Assembly: GCA_903893565.1 (NCBI GenBank)
Contig: CAITMU010000121.1
Location: 19,426 to 83,425 of the forward strand
Direction of reading: 5' to 3'
DNA: 64,000 bases
DNA from: an uncultured beta proteobacterium
GTDB taxonomy: Bacteria; Pseudomonadota; Gammaproteobacteria; Burkholderiales; SG8-41
Position 1 is the first letter of the stretch, and each line of letters opens with the position of its first letter. Below, in pieces: positions 37,103 through 47,479 of this stretch. The position numbers were made by a program, and so were the translations under genes. The notes below the pieces were generated by a model that saw only the letters and a list, made by a program, of their open reading frames with translations, searched no databases and was not told where the DNA came from.

Positions 37103-38165
37103 AGAAGAAAATTTTCAAACCGTGACTTTAATTGCCGGTGATGGGATCGGTCCTGAGGTAACGGCAGCAGCGTGTGAGGTGGTGTTGGCCAGTGGTGCTC
37201 AGGTGATATTTGAGCCTGTGTTAGCGGGTATGGCGGCGATGGAACAAACGGGCACGCCTCTACCAAAAAACGTATTTCAATCGATCAAAAAGCATCACCT
37301 TGTCCTCAAAGGACCGACACAAACCCCTTTTGGTGGTGATTATCGGGTGCGGGTTGAAATGGAAAATGCACAAGGACAAACAGAAGTCCGATCGCACCCG
37401 AGTGTGGCCATTGCGCTTCGAAAAGAGTTGAGCCTGTATGTCAACGTGCGTCCTATACGCAATTACCCCAATGTTCCTTCACGCTATGAGAATATTGATT
37501 TATTAATCTTTCGGGAAAATAGCGAAGACTTATACACGGGTCAGGAACGGATGATTGATGCCAATACGGCCGAGGCGATCAAAATCATTACCGCCAGTGC
37601 AACGCAACGAGTCACACGCTTTGCTTTGGATTACATGAGACGTCTGAATCGTCAGAGGCTCACCGTCGGTCACAAAGCGAATGTGATGAAAATGACCGAT
37701 GGCTTATTTCTTAAGACGGCGATGGAGGTTGCGAAACCCTATGTTGATATTCAGATGGAACAAAGGGTGGTGGATGCGCTTTGCATGGAACTCGTGATGA
37801 AGCCGGAGAGCTTTGATGCCTTACTGTTACCGAATCTTTACGGTGACATTATTTCTGATCTGGCGGCGGGTCTGGTGGGAGGGCTTGGGGTTGCCCCGGG
37901 AGCGAATATCGGTGCGGATTGCGCGATGTTTGAGGCCGTGCATGGATCAGCACCCGATATTGCTGGAAAAGATGTGGCTAATCCGATGGCCGCTATTTTG
38001 TCAGCGGTGATGATGTTGCGTTACATTCATCAACCGCAAGCGGCTGATCGCATTGAAAGGGCGCTGAGTCGTGTGCTGGCAGACAAAAAAGATATTACCC
38101 GTGATTTGGGTGGTAGTGTGGGAACCCGTCAGATGACCGCGGCGATCATTCGGGCGCTTAATTAA
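37095..38165 (+). CDS. Isocitrate/isopropylmalate dehydrogenase-family beta-decarboxylating dehydrogenase
   Basis: Motifs: VTLIAGDGIGPEV, ..LRKELSLYVNVRP.., ..NLYGDIISDLAAGLVGGLG.., HGSAPDIAGK. The ATG at 37095 overlaps the tctA stop. The track start is at 37083. Confidence 0.85.
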   Translation: MHKEENFQTVTLIAGDGIGPEVTAAACEVVLASGAQVIFEPVLAGMAAMEQTGTPLPKNVFQSIKKHHLVLKGPTQTPFGGDYRVRVEMENAQGQTEVRSHPSVAIALRKELSLYVNVRPIRNYPNVPSRYENIDLLIFRENSEDLYTGQERMIDANTAEAIKIITASATQRVTRFALDYMRRLNRQRLTVGHKANVMKMTDGLFLKTAMEVAKPYVDIQMEQRVVDALCMELVMKPESFDALLLPNLYGDIISDLAAGLVGGLGVAPGANIGADCAMFEAVHGSAPDIAGKDVANPMAAILSAVMMLRYIHQPQAADRIERALSRVLADKKDITRDLGGSVGTRQMTAAIIRALN

Positions 38166-39604
38166 TGAATGGATGGGATCAGAGCGTTCAGATGACAGCA
38201 AAAACATTATTTCAAAAGCTCTGGGATCGGCATTGTGTGGTCGAGGATAATGGGGAATTTCTCTTACATGTGGATCGCGCCTATTTTCATGAAGGCTCTT
38301 CGCACGCTTTTTCAAAACTAGAGCAACAGGCACGGCGTATCGCAAGACCAAAACAGGTGTTTGGTTTTACCGATCATTATGTGCCGACGCTTGATCGAAC
38401 AAACGGCGTGGCCGGAATCGCGCAACCTGAAATTCGGCAAATGGTGATTGCTTTACAGGAAAATTCAAAGCGTCATGGAATCGATTGCTTTGGAATGGAT
38501 GATCCGCGTCAAGGCATCTTGCATGTGGTGCCCCCTGAGCAAGGCATTACGTTACCCGGACTGTTGATCACGGGGGCCGATTCTCACACGGCCACGCATG
38601 GGGCTTTTGGTTGCTTAGCCTTTGGTATCGGTGCCACCGATATGATGCATGTGATGGCCACACAAGCGATCTGGCAAAGGGCGCAAAAAACACTACGTTT
38701 TGTGATTGATGGGGAGTTGGGATTTGCGGTGAGTGCTAAAGATTTGATTCTTTTTTTGATTCATAAGATCGGCGTGGCTGGTGGTACGGGGCATGTGATT
38801 GAATATGCCGGGAGCACGATCCGCGCCCTTTCGATGGAAGCGCGAATGACGGTGTGTAATATGTCCATTGAAGCCGGCGCCAGGGCGGGTATGGTGGCTC
38901 CAGATGAAACCACGTTTAATTATCTCAAAGGGCGGGCCTATGCCCCACAGGGCGTTCAGTGGGAGCAAGCGCTTAACGATTGGAAAACGCTTTATTCGGA
39001 AGATTCGGCGCACTTTGATCAAGATATTGCTATTGATGCCCGTGAAATCTCCCCGATGGTCAGTTGGGGCACTAATCCCGAACAGTGTTGCCCCGTGACC
39101 AGCACCATTCCATCCCCAGAGCAAGAAAAAGACCCGATTAAAGCCCAGGAAATGAGGGCCGCACTGGAGTATCAGGGTCTCACGGCGGGTATGGCGTTGA
39201 CCGATATTGCGATTGATAAAGTGTTTATTGGTTCTTGTACGAATAGTCGGATTGAGGATTTACGTGCGGCGGCTATGGTGGCGAAAAGGGGGCAAGTCAA
39301 AGTGCCTAGCTGGGTGGTGCCGGGTTCAAAAACGGTTAAAAAACAAGCCGAATCTGAGGGGCTGGATCAAATCTTTAAAGCCGCTGGTTTTCAATGGCGA
39401 GAGCCGGGTTGTTCTTTGTGTACGGCAATCAATGGCGACCAGTTAAGTCCAGGAGAGCGCTGCGCTTCGACCTCGAATCGAAATTTTAAGGGGCGACAAG
39501 GCACCGGTGGGCGCACGCATTTATTAAGCCCTGCAATGGCGGCCGCTGCAGCGTTGACAGGACACCTGACCGATGTGAGGCAATTGATCGGAGCCCCCGT
39601 CTAA
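38165..39604 (+). CDS. Aconitase-family dehydratase large subunit (LeuC-like)
   Basis: Motifs: GADSHT, IGSCTNSRIEDL, EPGCSLCTAING. Its ATG overlaps the upstream TAA (TAATG). An alternative start is at 38192 (MTAKTLFQKLWDRH). Confidence 0.85.
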   Translation: MNGWDQSVQMTAKTLFQKLWDRHCVVEDNGEFLLHVDRAYFHEGSSHAFSKLEQQARRIARPKQVFGFTDHYVPTLDRTNGVAGIAQPEIRQMVIALQENSKRHGIDCFGMDDPRQGILHVVPPEQGITLPGLLITGADSHTATHGAFGCLAFGIGATDMMHVMATQAIWQRAQKTLRFVIDGELGFAVSAKDLILFLIHKIGVAGGTGHVIEYAGSTIRALSMEARMTVCNMSIEAGARAGMVAPDETTFNYLKGRAYAPQGVQWEQALNDWKTLYSEDSAHFDQDIAIDAREISPMVSWGTNPEQCCPVTSTIPSPEQEKDPIKAQEMRAALEYQGLTAGMALTDIAIDKVFIGSCTNSRIEDLRAAAMVAKRGQVKVPSWVVPGSKTVKKQAESEGLDQIFKAAGFQWREPGCSLCTAINGDQLSPGERCASTSNRNFKGRQGTGGRTHLLSPAMAAAAALTGHLTDVRQLIGAPV

Positions 39605-40215
39605 TGCAACCCTTTACTACACTTTGCGCCATTGCAGTGCCCATTGATGAGCCCAATGTGGACACCAATCAATTGTGTCCGACCCGTTTTAATAAAGTGC
39701 CTAGGGGTCCTGCCTACGCGCGAGTACTTTTTCATGACCGACGTTTTCATTTGGATGGCTCTGCTAAGGAGCATTTGCTGAATGTCGAGCCTTTTAGTCA
39801 AGCCAAGATTATTGTGGCTGATCGCAATTGGGGTAGTGGCTCTTCTCGAGAAAGTGCGGTCTATGCGCTCTACGAGTTTGGTATTCGCTGTGTGATCGCG
39901 CCGAGTTTTGGTGACATACATGTAAACAATTGCTATAAAAATGGCTTATTGCCGGTGATATTGAGTGTCGAGCAATGTGCAGCATTAAGACAGTCGCTAC
40001 GTGAAAACCCGGGTTCGACTGTAACGGTTGACCTAGAAGCGCAAGCGGTTCATGACTCGTGGGGTCACACTTATAATTTTGAAATTCAACCGGTGAGAAA
40101 GCGTTGTCTTTTACAAGGACTTGATGATATTGCAAGAACCGAACAATACCAAGAATTACACGATCGTTTTGAGCGCAAGGATCGTGAGTTAAGGCCTTGG
40201 ATTTATAGGTCTTAA
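39604..40215 (+). CDS. Aconitase-family dehydratase small subunit (LeuD-like)
   Basis: 203 aa with ..NWGSGSSRESAVYAL.., the swivel-domain motif (GSSRE). A TAATG overlap joins it to the large subunit. Confidence 0.85.
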   Translation: MQPFTTLCAIAVPIDEPNVDTNQLCPTRFNKVPRGPAYARVLFHDRRFHLDGSAKEHLLNVEPFSQAKIIVADRNWGSGSSRESAVYALYEFGIRCVIAPSFGDIHVNNCYKNGLLPVILSVEQCAALRQSLRENPGSTVTVDLEAQAVHDSWGHTYNFEIQPVRKRCLLQGLDDIARTEQYQELHDRFERKDRELRPWIYRS

Positions 40216-40471
40216 AGTCCTTGAGTCTTTGGTGTTAGCTGCGGTATAAATCCGCTTAAATCCGGTGGCCGATTGCCGAAAAGCTGCGGAACACTCTGAA
40301 AAAATAGATAGCAGCATCAGCAATCCTCCAAAGCCATGAGTCAAGGAGGAACAAGGAACAAGGAAAAAAGAAAAAGGAAAAAGGCTGCGTCCTTTGTCCA
40401 CGGTTTTGGGGGTTTGGGCGAAATTAGCCCCTGTGGGCATGCAGCATGGCGGCCCATTTTCCTGGGTTTAT

Positions 40472-41449
40472 TTAGTTAATGTGAATATTTGCCGCCTTTG
40501 CCACCTGCATCCATTTGGCGAGTTCTTGACGCAAATTTTTATCTAATTGGGCGGCCGTGCCTCCCAATACATCCGCGCCCACAGAATTAAACCGTTCACG
40601 AGTGGTACGAAGGGTGAGGGAATGATTAACCGCATGGTTTAGAATTTTAACGACAGAGGGGGCTATATTGGCAGGGCCCATAATCGCAGTGAAGGTGCCG
40701 GCATCACAGTTTTTAAGGCCACTTTCCGTCATGGTGGGAACCTCGGGTATGACAGGGTTTCTTTGTTCGCCCGCCACCACTAAGCCGCGTAATTTACCCA
40801 CCCGAATGTAATTACTCGATGAGCTTAATTGATCAAAGAGCATATCGACTTGCCCACCCATCAGATCAATGAGGGCAAGGCCGCTACCTTTATACGGAAT
40901 GTGGATGAATTTGACGCCAGTTTCGATCTGAAAAAGCTCTCCAGCCAGTTGATTCGTCGTGCCGTTACCCGATGAGGACATTGTCATTTGACCTGGTTTT
41001 GATTTGGCCATGGCAATAAAATCTTTCACGCTTTTTGGGGAGGCTTGAGGATTGATGACAAGCACGATGGGGACATAGGAGACCGAGGCAATGGAGCTGA
41101 AGTCTTTAACCGGATCGTAGGGCATTTTGCTGTAAAGGGAGGGTGCAACGGTGACCGTGCCACTAGAGGCCACCACGAGGGTGTAGCCATCGGGCAGTGA
41201 TTTAGCCACTAGATCTGAACCGATAATGCCCCCAGCGCCGCCTCGATTGTCCACCACAATAGTTTGACCGAGCGTTTCGGATAAGCTTGGCGCAATGGCG
41301 CGAGCCGTAATATCAATATTGCCGCCAGGAGCAAAAGGCACCACCAAGCGAATAGGGCGCGTGGGGTAGGTGGCGGGGGCGGCCTTTAACGAGGCCAGTG
41401 GATAAAAAAGGTTAAATACCATGGCGAATTTCAATATCCAATGTGACAT
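40472..41449 (-). CDS. Bug/TctC-family substrate-binding protein
   Basis: Signal peptide followed by TYPTRPIRLVVPFAPGGNID. Convergent with the tctBA operon. Confidence 0.9.
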   Translation of the reverse strand: MSHWILKFAMVFNLFYPLASLKAAPATYPTRPIRLVVPFAPGGNIDITARAIAPSLSETLGQTIVVDNRGGAGGIIGSDLVAKSLPDGYTLVVASSGTVTVAPSLYSKMPYDPVKDFSSIASVSYVPIVLVINPQASPKSVKDFIAMAKSKPGQMTMSSSGNGTTNQLAGELFQIETGVKFIHIPYKGSGLALIDLMGGQVDMLFDQLSSSSNYIRVGKLRGLVVAGEQRNPVIPEVPTMTESGLKNCDAGTFTAIMGPANIAPSVVKILNHAVNHSLTLRTTRERFNSVGADVLGGTAAQLDKNLRQELAKWMQVAKAANIHIN

Positions 41450-41571
41450 CGTTTCTCTCCTTAGTAGGTCTTATGCCAATCCATGCGCATTTTTGGCGAT
41501 CCGAATGGATCCACTCATATAAGCCGTATAATTAACTTTGTTTTTTATTATTCAATCCTTGCCTCAAACCG

Positions 41572-42453
41572 ATGATTCCTTCAGCGCGACTGGACTACAG
41601 TCCTATTATAGACCGTCCTGCATTAAAGTTGCCTGGACGGGCCCGAGTGGTCATTTGGCCAGTGATTAATGTTGAAGTGTGGGATATTAACCGCCCCATG
41701 CCTCGCCAAGTGTTGCCCCCGCCCACCCACATTACACGCTTACCGGATTTTGCTCATTGGGCGTGGCACGAATATGGCATGAGGGTCGGGTTTTGGCGCC
41801 TTAAAAAAGTGTTAGATGAATTGGATATTAAGGCCTCCTTGTTTACCAATGCTCGAGTGTGTGTGGACTATGCTCGGGTGGCTGAAGAGGCGCTGAAGTC
41901 GGGTTGGGAGTTTGTGGGTCATTCTTATGACCAACAACCCACTCATGTAGAAAAAAATCAGCGACAGATGATTCGCCGCACCATTAAAACGATCCAAACA
42001 TTTACGGGTAAAGCCCCCGTGGGTTGGTTGTCTCCTGGGCTGACTGAAACCTTAGACACGCCAGATTATCTGGCTGAAAATGGTATTCGTTATATTGCCG
42101 ATTGGATTGTTGATGATGAGCCTTGTGCGATCCGCACCCGCCATGGACCCGTGGTGGCTATGCCCTACAATGTAGAATGTAACGATATCCCGATGATGAT
42201 GGTTCAGCATCATAGTGCACAAGAGTTTGTGGATCGCATCATGGATCAATTCGATCAACTCTATGAGGAAGGTCAATCACGGGCTAAAGTGCTCTCGATC
42301 GCGCTGCATCCTTATATTTCTGGCGTCGCGCATCGAATAAAGTATGTTGAAGCGGTATTTAAAGCGTTACGTAAAAAACCCGGTGTTTTGTTCTGGACGG
42401 GTGAGCAGCTCCTGGATTGGTATAATCATCCGGTCAAAACAAAATCAAAATAG
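41572..42453 (+). CDS. Polysaccharide deacetylase-family protein (PuuE-allantoinase-like)
   Basis: ..VVIWPVINVEVWD.., ..WHEYGMRVGFWRL.. and ..GWEFVGHSYDQ.. resemble PuuE-type deacetylase-fold hydrolases. Confidence 0.75.
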   Translation: MIPSARLDYSPIIDRPALKLPGRARVVIWPVINVEVWDINRPMPRQVLPPPTHITRLPDFAHWAWHEYGMRVGFWRLKKVLDELDIKASLFTNARVCVDYARVAEEALKSGWEFVGHSYDQQPTHVEKNQRQMIRRTIKTIQTFTGKAPVGWLSPGLTETLDTPDYLAENGIRYIADWIVDDEPCAIRTRHGPVVAMPYNVECNDIPMMMVQHHSAQEFVDRIMDQFDQLYEEGQSRAKVLSIALHPYISGVAHRIKYVEAVFKALRKKPGVLFWTGEQLLDWYNHPVKTKSK

Positions 42454-42492
42454 ATGTAAAAATCGATGTGCTGAGTTCGGAGGAGATTTATC

Positions 42493-43461
42493 GTGTCAAA
42501 GAAAATTATGCTTTGGGCCATACTGTGCGCGTTGAGTGTTTTGCCCCACATTGTTTTTGCTCAATCGTTCCCCAGTAAACTCATTCGGGTGATTAATCCT
42601 GCGGCTCCAGGCGGCAATAGTGATGTTTTATTCCGTCTGTTGCAACCCAAAATGACTGAAAATTTAGGACAGAATTTGGTGTTTGATTATCACCCAGGGG
42701 GTGGGGGAACCTTAGGGGGGGATTTGATTGCGAAGAGTAATCCTGATGGATATACCACGGGATTGGTGGCAGCCAGTTTTGTCATGAATCCCTCGATGAT
42801 TAAAAAAATGCCCTACGATACATTGAAAGATTTTACTTACTTGGGCCTCATTGTGGACATCCCCTCGGGGTTGGTGATCCATCCATCGCTACCGGTTAAA
42901 AATGTTCAACAACTCATTCAATTGGCTATGAGGCAACCGGAACAAATTTTTGCATCCTCCTCGGGCCGAGCCACCTTGGGTCATCTGGCTTTAGAATTAT
43001 TTAACTCGATGGCACACGTTAAAATTGTCCATGTCCCTTACAAAGGGGCAGGACCGGCAATCATTGAGTTGGTGGCCGGTCATGTGCAATTGCAATTCTC
43101 GAGCCTGCCACTTTTGACTGGTCATCTGCAACAAGGTCGTTTAAAATTAATTGCACAGACGGGACAAAACCGTTCGGATTTCGCAAAGAGTGTGCCCACC
43201 ATGATTGAGTCTGGTATGCCCGGTTATGTGGTTAGTAGTGGCTTTGGATTGGTCGGTCCTGCCTTGATTCCAAGGCCGATTGCAGAGAAATTAAATGCTG
43301 CATTGGTCTATGCGGTGAAAGACGCGAATAATAAAAAATTACTCTTAGATCAAGGAGCTGACCCGGTTGGTAGTTCCTTGGAGGAGCATGACACCTACGT
43401 CAAATCCGAAGTGGTTAAATGGATTTCTGTGGTGAAGCAGGCTGGTATTAGTCCTCAGTAA
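42493..43461 (+). CDS. Bug/TctC-family substrate-binding protein
   Basis: GTG start 7 nt after GGAGGAG. Signal peptide followed by SFPSKLIRVINPAAPGGNSD. Confidence 0.9.
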   Translation: MSKKIMLWAILCALSVLPHIVFAQSFPSKLIRVINPAAPGGNSDVLFRLLQPKMTENLGQNLVFDYHPGGGGTLGGDLIAKSNPDGYTTGLVAASFVMNPSMIKKMPYDTLKDFTYLGLIVDIPSGLVIHPSLPVKNVQQLIQLAMRQPEQIFASSSGRATLGHLALELFNSMAHVKIVHVPYKGAGPAIIELVAGHVQLQFSSLPLLTGHLQQGRLKLIAQTGQNRSDFAKSVPTMIESGMPGYVVSSGFGLVGPALIPRPIAEKLNAALVYAVKDANNKKLLLDQGADPVGSSLEEHDTYVKSEVVKWISVVKQAGISPQ

Positions 43462-43505
43462 AGGGACTTTTTTTTAAAGTATTTTTTAATCATGAGCGAT
43501 ATCAA

Positions 43506-44600
43506 ATGAAACTGGGTTTTTTTACAATGCCAATCCATCCGCCTGAGCGTAATTACTCAGAGACGTTGAAAGAGGATAGACAAGCTATTTTGTTAGCCGA
43601 TGAATTAGGCTTTACCGAAGCTTTTATCGGTGAACACACCACCGATATCTGCGAAAACATCCCCTCTTCATTAGCTTTTATCGCAAGCCTTGCCCATGGC
43701 ACGCGCCAGATTAAGCTGGGTAGTGGAACGGTTAACTTGCCCAATAATCATCCGGCAGCCGTAGCGGCCAATGTGGCGATGATTGATCATTTATTGGAAG
43801 GCCGATTTCTTTTCGGTATTGGTCCAGGTGGACTGCGTTCAGACCAAGAGGTTTACGGTAACTTAGGAAAAGATCGCACGAAGATGTTTGTTGAATCCAT
43901 TGATCATATCCTAGCGATCTGGTCTGGAAAACATCCCTATAACCTAAAGGGAGAGTTTTGGAATATTTCCACTGAACAAACCATGATTCCGGAAGTGGGC
44001 CAAGGGGTCATGTTAAAGCCTTATCAAAAACCCCATCCGCCTATTCTGGTAACCGTCGTAGAGCCTTATTCCAAAGGAGTGACTGCGGCGGCACAGCGGG
44101 GCTGGAAACCGATCTCAGCTAATTTTTTGCAACCAAACTGGGTGGCCACTCATTTTCCGAGTTATGCCAAGGGGTGTGATTTAGCGGGGCTGCCGGCTGA
44201 TCGGCAGGACTGGCGGGTTTGTAAAAGTATTTTTGTGGCCGATGATGAGGCCACTGCTCGTCGTTACGCCAAGTCGGTTGAGGGCCCGTATGGATTTTAT
44301 TTCTGGAATTTATTAACGAAAAGAAAATCCAGAGGTGCTGCTAATATTTATAAAACCGACTTATCCATGCCCGATGAAGCGGTTACATTAGATTATGTGC
44401 TCGATACGCTTGTGATTGCGGGTACGGTCAATAGTGTCGTTGAGCAAATTTTAAAGCTTCGCGAGGTCGTGGGGGATTTTGGAACTTTATTGTATTGCGG
44501 GCACGATTGGGTTGATCCGGTGCTGGCACGTCGCTCTATGCAGTTGATGGCTGAAAAAGTGATGCCGGCCGTTAATGCGGCCCTTCAAAAAAAGGCATAG
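43506..44600 (+). CDS. LLM-class (luciferase-like) flavin-dependent monooxygenase/oxidoreductase
   Basis: MKLGFFTMPIHPP...LGFTEAFIGEHTTD.. is a typical luciferase-like monooxygenase N-terminus. 364 aa. Confidence 0.85.
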   Translation: MKLGFFTMPIHPPERNYSETLKEDRQAILLADELGFTEAFIGEHTTDICENIPSSLAFIASLAHGTRQIKLGSGTVNLPNNHPAAVAANVAMIDHLLEGRFLFGIGPGGLRSDQEVYGNLGKDRTKMFVESIDHILAIWSGKHPYNLKGEFWNISTEQTMIPEVGQGVMLKPYQKPHPPILVTVVEPYSKGVTAAAQRGWKPISANFLQPNWVATHFPSYAKGCDLAGLPADRQDWRVCKSIFVADDEATARRYAKSVEGPYGFYFWNLLTKRKSRGAANIYKTDLSMPDEAVTLDYVLDTLVIAGTVNSVVEQILKLREVVGDFGTLLYCGHDWVDPVLARRSMQLMAEKVMPAVNAALQKKA

Positions 44601-44619
44601 GCTTTAGTTAGGCTAGGGT

Positions 44620-44637
44620 GGGGGGGATTGCCCCCCC
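44620..44637. terminator. G7-ATTG-C7 hairpin between convergent genes
   Basis: Read directly: GGGGGGGattgCCCCCCC. No clear U-run on either side, so the terminator function is tentative. Confidence 0.4.
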
Positions 44638-44722
44638 TCTTCAATATCGACGGCAAGATAGACAAGAAGAAAACCGGAGGTTAAAAGTGCTTTCTGATTT
44701 TCATCTTGCCATGCTCTTATGC

Positions 44723-47416
44723 CTAGGCACCGGTGGCTAAAATTTCACGTAAGACAAAGGGTAAGATGCCCCCATGTTTAAGGTATTCCACTTCAATGGG
44801 TGAGTCGACTCGAATCGTTACTGAGACGGTTTGTTGTTGACCGTTCTTGCGATGAATCACAAGTTCCACTTCTTGGCGGGGTTTAACGTCGCCGTTGGCA
44901 ATGCCGATGAGATCAAAAGTCTCACTCCCATCTAAACCCAACGTTTGTATGCTGTCCTGAGCGTTGAACTGACACGGAACGATGCCCATTCCGATCAAAT
45001 TAGAACGGTGGATTCGTTCAAAGCTTCGTGCGACGACCACTTTAATGCCGAGCATCTGCGTGCCCTTAGCGGCCCAATCTCGAGAAGAACCAGTGCCGTA
45101 TTCCTCCCCACCAAAAACGATGAGAGGAATATGGTCTTTTTGATAGCGCATGGAAGCGTCATAAATATTCATTTTTTCAGCCGAAGGCTGATGAATCGTC
45201 ACGCCCCCTTCCGTGCCTGGGGCCAGTAAGTTCTTGATCCGAACATTGGCAAAAGCACCTCTAGCCATCACTTCGTGATTGCATCGGCGTGCGCCAAAGG
45301 TGTTCATTTCGCGCGCTTTATGTTCTGTGAGCCACTGACCGGCCGGGGTGGCGGGTCGGATCGGTGCGACAGGGCTGATGTGATCGGTGGTCAATGAGTC
45401 GCCATACATGCCCAAAGCTCTGGCGCCATGAATATCGTTAACGATGCGCGGCTTTACTTCGAAGTCGTCTAAAAAGGGCGGCTTGAGAATGTAGGTGGAA
45501 TCGTCTTGCCAATTAAATACAGCGCCTGTGCCTTGAGGAATATCGTCCCAAAGTTTGCCGGCACCGGAAAGGTCACTATATTCGCGACGAAAGCGTTGAG
45601 CGTCCGTGGCAAACTTTAATACCCCTGCAATTTCCTCATCCGTTGGCCACAAGTCTTTGAGGTAAACCGGCTGACCGTTGCTACCGGTTCCGATGGGATC
45701 GTGATCGGTATCGATGAGCACTGAACCGGCTAGAGCAAAAGCCACCACCAGCGGAGGGCTCATTAAGAAATTGGCTTTGAGGGTCTGGTGCACACGCGCC
45801 TCAAAATTTCGATTTCCGGATAGTACGGCGCAGGTGATCAGGTCGTTTTTAACCACAGTGTCTTCTAAAGCGGTATTTAGCGGACCGGCATTGCCCATAC
45901 AAGTGGTGCAACCATAGGCCACAACATGAAAGCCTAACTGCTCCAAGTAGGGTAGCAGTCCTGCATCTCGAAGGTAGGAGGTGACGACCTTGGAACCTGG
46001 GGCGAGGGAAGTTTTGACTCGAGCATTGGGTTTGAGACCTTTTTCGACTGCTTTTTTGGCCAGCAATCCGGCTGCGAGTAAGTTATTCGGGTTCGAGGTA
46101 TTGGTGCAGGAAGTAATCGCGGCAATCAGAATATCGCCATTTCCTAAATCTTTGCAGGCGTGATCGGTGGCCACGCGCTGCTGCAATTGGGACGCTTGTT
46201 TAGCGTATCCGGATTCTTTCACAGGCTTGGAAAAAAGCTCAGTAAATCTTTGTTTGATCTTCGGTAAGTCGATTCGATCTTGGGGAAATTTGGGTCCTGA
46301 TACCGAGGGCACCACGCTCGAGAGGTCTAATTCGATGGTTTTGGTGTAATCGATCTGACCGGCTCGTGGAATGCCGAACATGTCTTGTGCCTTGTAGTAG
46401 CTTTCGATGGCATCGACGAGTTCAGTGGGGCGCCCTGTCATGCGGTAGTAGTCTATGGTTTTTTCGTCAATTCCAAAAAATCCGATGGTCGCGCCGTAGT
46501 CCGGTGACATATTGGCAACCACCGCGCGATCGGTCGCGGAGAGACTCGCCGCACCGGCACCAAAGTATTCGACAAACTTGCCTACGACTTTAGATTGACG
46601 CAGCAACTGGGTGACGGTTAACACGAGATCCGTGGCAGTGACCCCGGGGTTTAATTTGCCGCTCATGTGTACGCCAATGACATCGGGGGTTAGAAAATAC
46701 ATCGGTTGCCCAAGCATCCCGGCCTCGGCTTCAATACCGCCTACCCCCCAACCCACAACGCCAATACCATTGACCATCGTGGTATGTGAATCCGTACCCA
46801 CTAGAGTATCGGGGTAGAACACATTGTCTTTTTCCCATACCCCTTTCGAAAGATATTCGAGGTTGACTTGATGCACAATACCGTTGCCGGGAGGAATCAC
46901 TCGGATGCCAGAAAAAGCTTGTTTACCCCATTTTAAGAATTCATAACGCTCGCCATTGCGTTGAAACTCGAGTGCCATATTTTTTTCTACGGCATCGGCT
47001 TGTCCGCTGAAATCCACTTCCACGGAATGATCGACGACTAAATCAACAGGGCAGAGGGGTTCGATGCGCTGAGGATCGCCGCCGACGCTTTGGGCGGTGG
47101 CTCTGAGCATGGCAAAGTCATTGAGGGAAGGAAATCCTGCCATGTCTTGCAACAAAATACGGGCCAATACGAAGGGCACTTCTGTGGTGCGCGGCGCATT
47201 GGCTTGCCAGGAGGCTAAGTCGCGAAGATGCTCTTCTGTGACTCTTTTACCATCACAATTTCTTAATACCGACTCGAGCACAACGCGTAAGGAGTGCGGC
47301 ATTCTTGAGGTTTTACCCAGTCCTGCCTTTTCTAAGGCGGCTAAAGAGTAAAAATGGGCTACGCCCCGGCCTGGAATGGTAAATTCTTGAAAACTATTAA
47401 ATAAATTATGTGACAC
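44723..47416 (-). CDS. Aconitate hydratase A paralog, linked to prpC-prpD
   Basis: 897 aa with a GTG start. The same Fe-S ligand motifs ([24 protein letters not shown]) are present. Colinear with, and clearly similar to, the acnA at 31907-34585. Confidence 0.9.
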   Translation of the reverse strand: MSHNLFNSFQEFTIPGRGVAHFYSLAALEKAGLGKTSRMPHSLRVVLESVLRNCDGKRVTEEHLRDLASWQANAPRTTEVPFVLARILLQDMAGFPSLNDFAMLRATAQSVGGDPQRIEPLCPVDLVVDHSVEVDFSGQADAVEKNMALEFQRNGERYEFLKWGKQAFSGIRVIPPGNGIVHQVNLEYLSKGVWEKDNVFYPDTLVGTDSHTTMVNGIGVVGWGVGGIEAEAGMLGQPMYFLTPDVIGVHMSGKLNPGVTATDLVLTVTQLLRQSKVVGKFVEYFGAGAASLSATDRAVVANMSPDYGATIGFFGIDEKTIDYYRMTGRPTELVDAIESYYKAQDMFGIPRAGQIDYTKTIELDLSSVVPSVSGPKFPQDRIDLPKIKQRFTELFSKPVKESGYAKQASQLQQRVATDHACKDLGNGDILIAAITSCTNTSNPNNLLAAGLLAKKAVEKGLKPNARVKTSLAPGSKVVTSYLRDAGLLPYLEQLGFHVVAYGCTTCMGNAGPLNTALEDTVVKNDLITCAVLSGNRNFEARVHQTLKANFLMSPPLVVAFALAGSVLIDTDHDPIGTGSNGQPVYLKDLWPTDEEIAGVLKFATDAQRFRREYSDLSGAGKLWDDIPQGTGAVFNWQDDSTYILKPPFLDDFEVKPRIVNDIHGARALGMYGDSLTTDHISPVAPIRPATPAGQWLTEHKAREMNTFGARRCNHEVMARGAFANVRIKNLLAPGTEGGVTIHQPSAEKMNIYDASMRYQKDHIPLIVFGGEEYGTGSSRDWAAKGTQMLGIKVVVARSFERIHRSNLIGMGIVPCQFNAQDSIQTLGLDGSETFDLIGIANGDVKPRQEVELVIHRKNGQQQTVSVTIRVDSPIEVEYLKHGGILPFVLREILATGA

Positions 47417-47479
47417 GAGTTCTTTCCTTTCAGGGTTTATGGCAATACAAAGTGTTAAAGGGTGATGTTTTTTAGAGGA

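Noticed and set aside
40216-40471. An 83-aa minus-strand ORF and the purine-rich GGAACAA/GGAAAAA tract after the leuD-like gene.
   Set aside because: The ORF is a translation of low-complexity spacer between convergent genes. The tract is too short and irregular to count as a defined repeat family.
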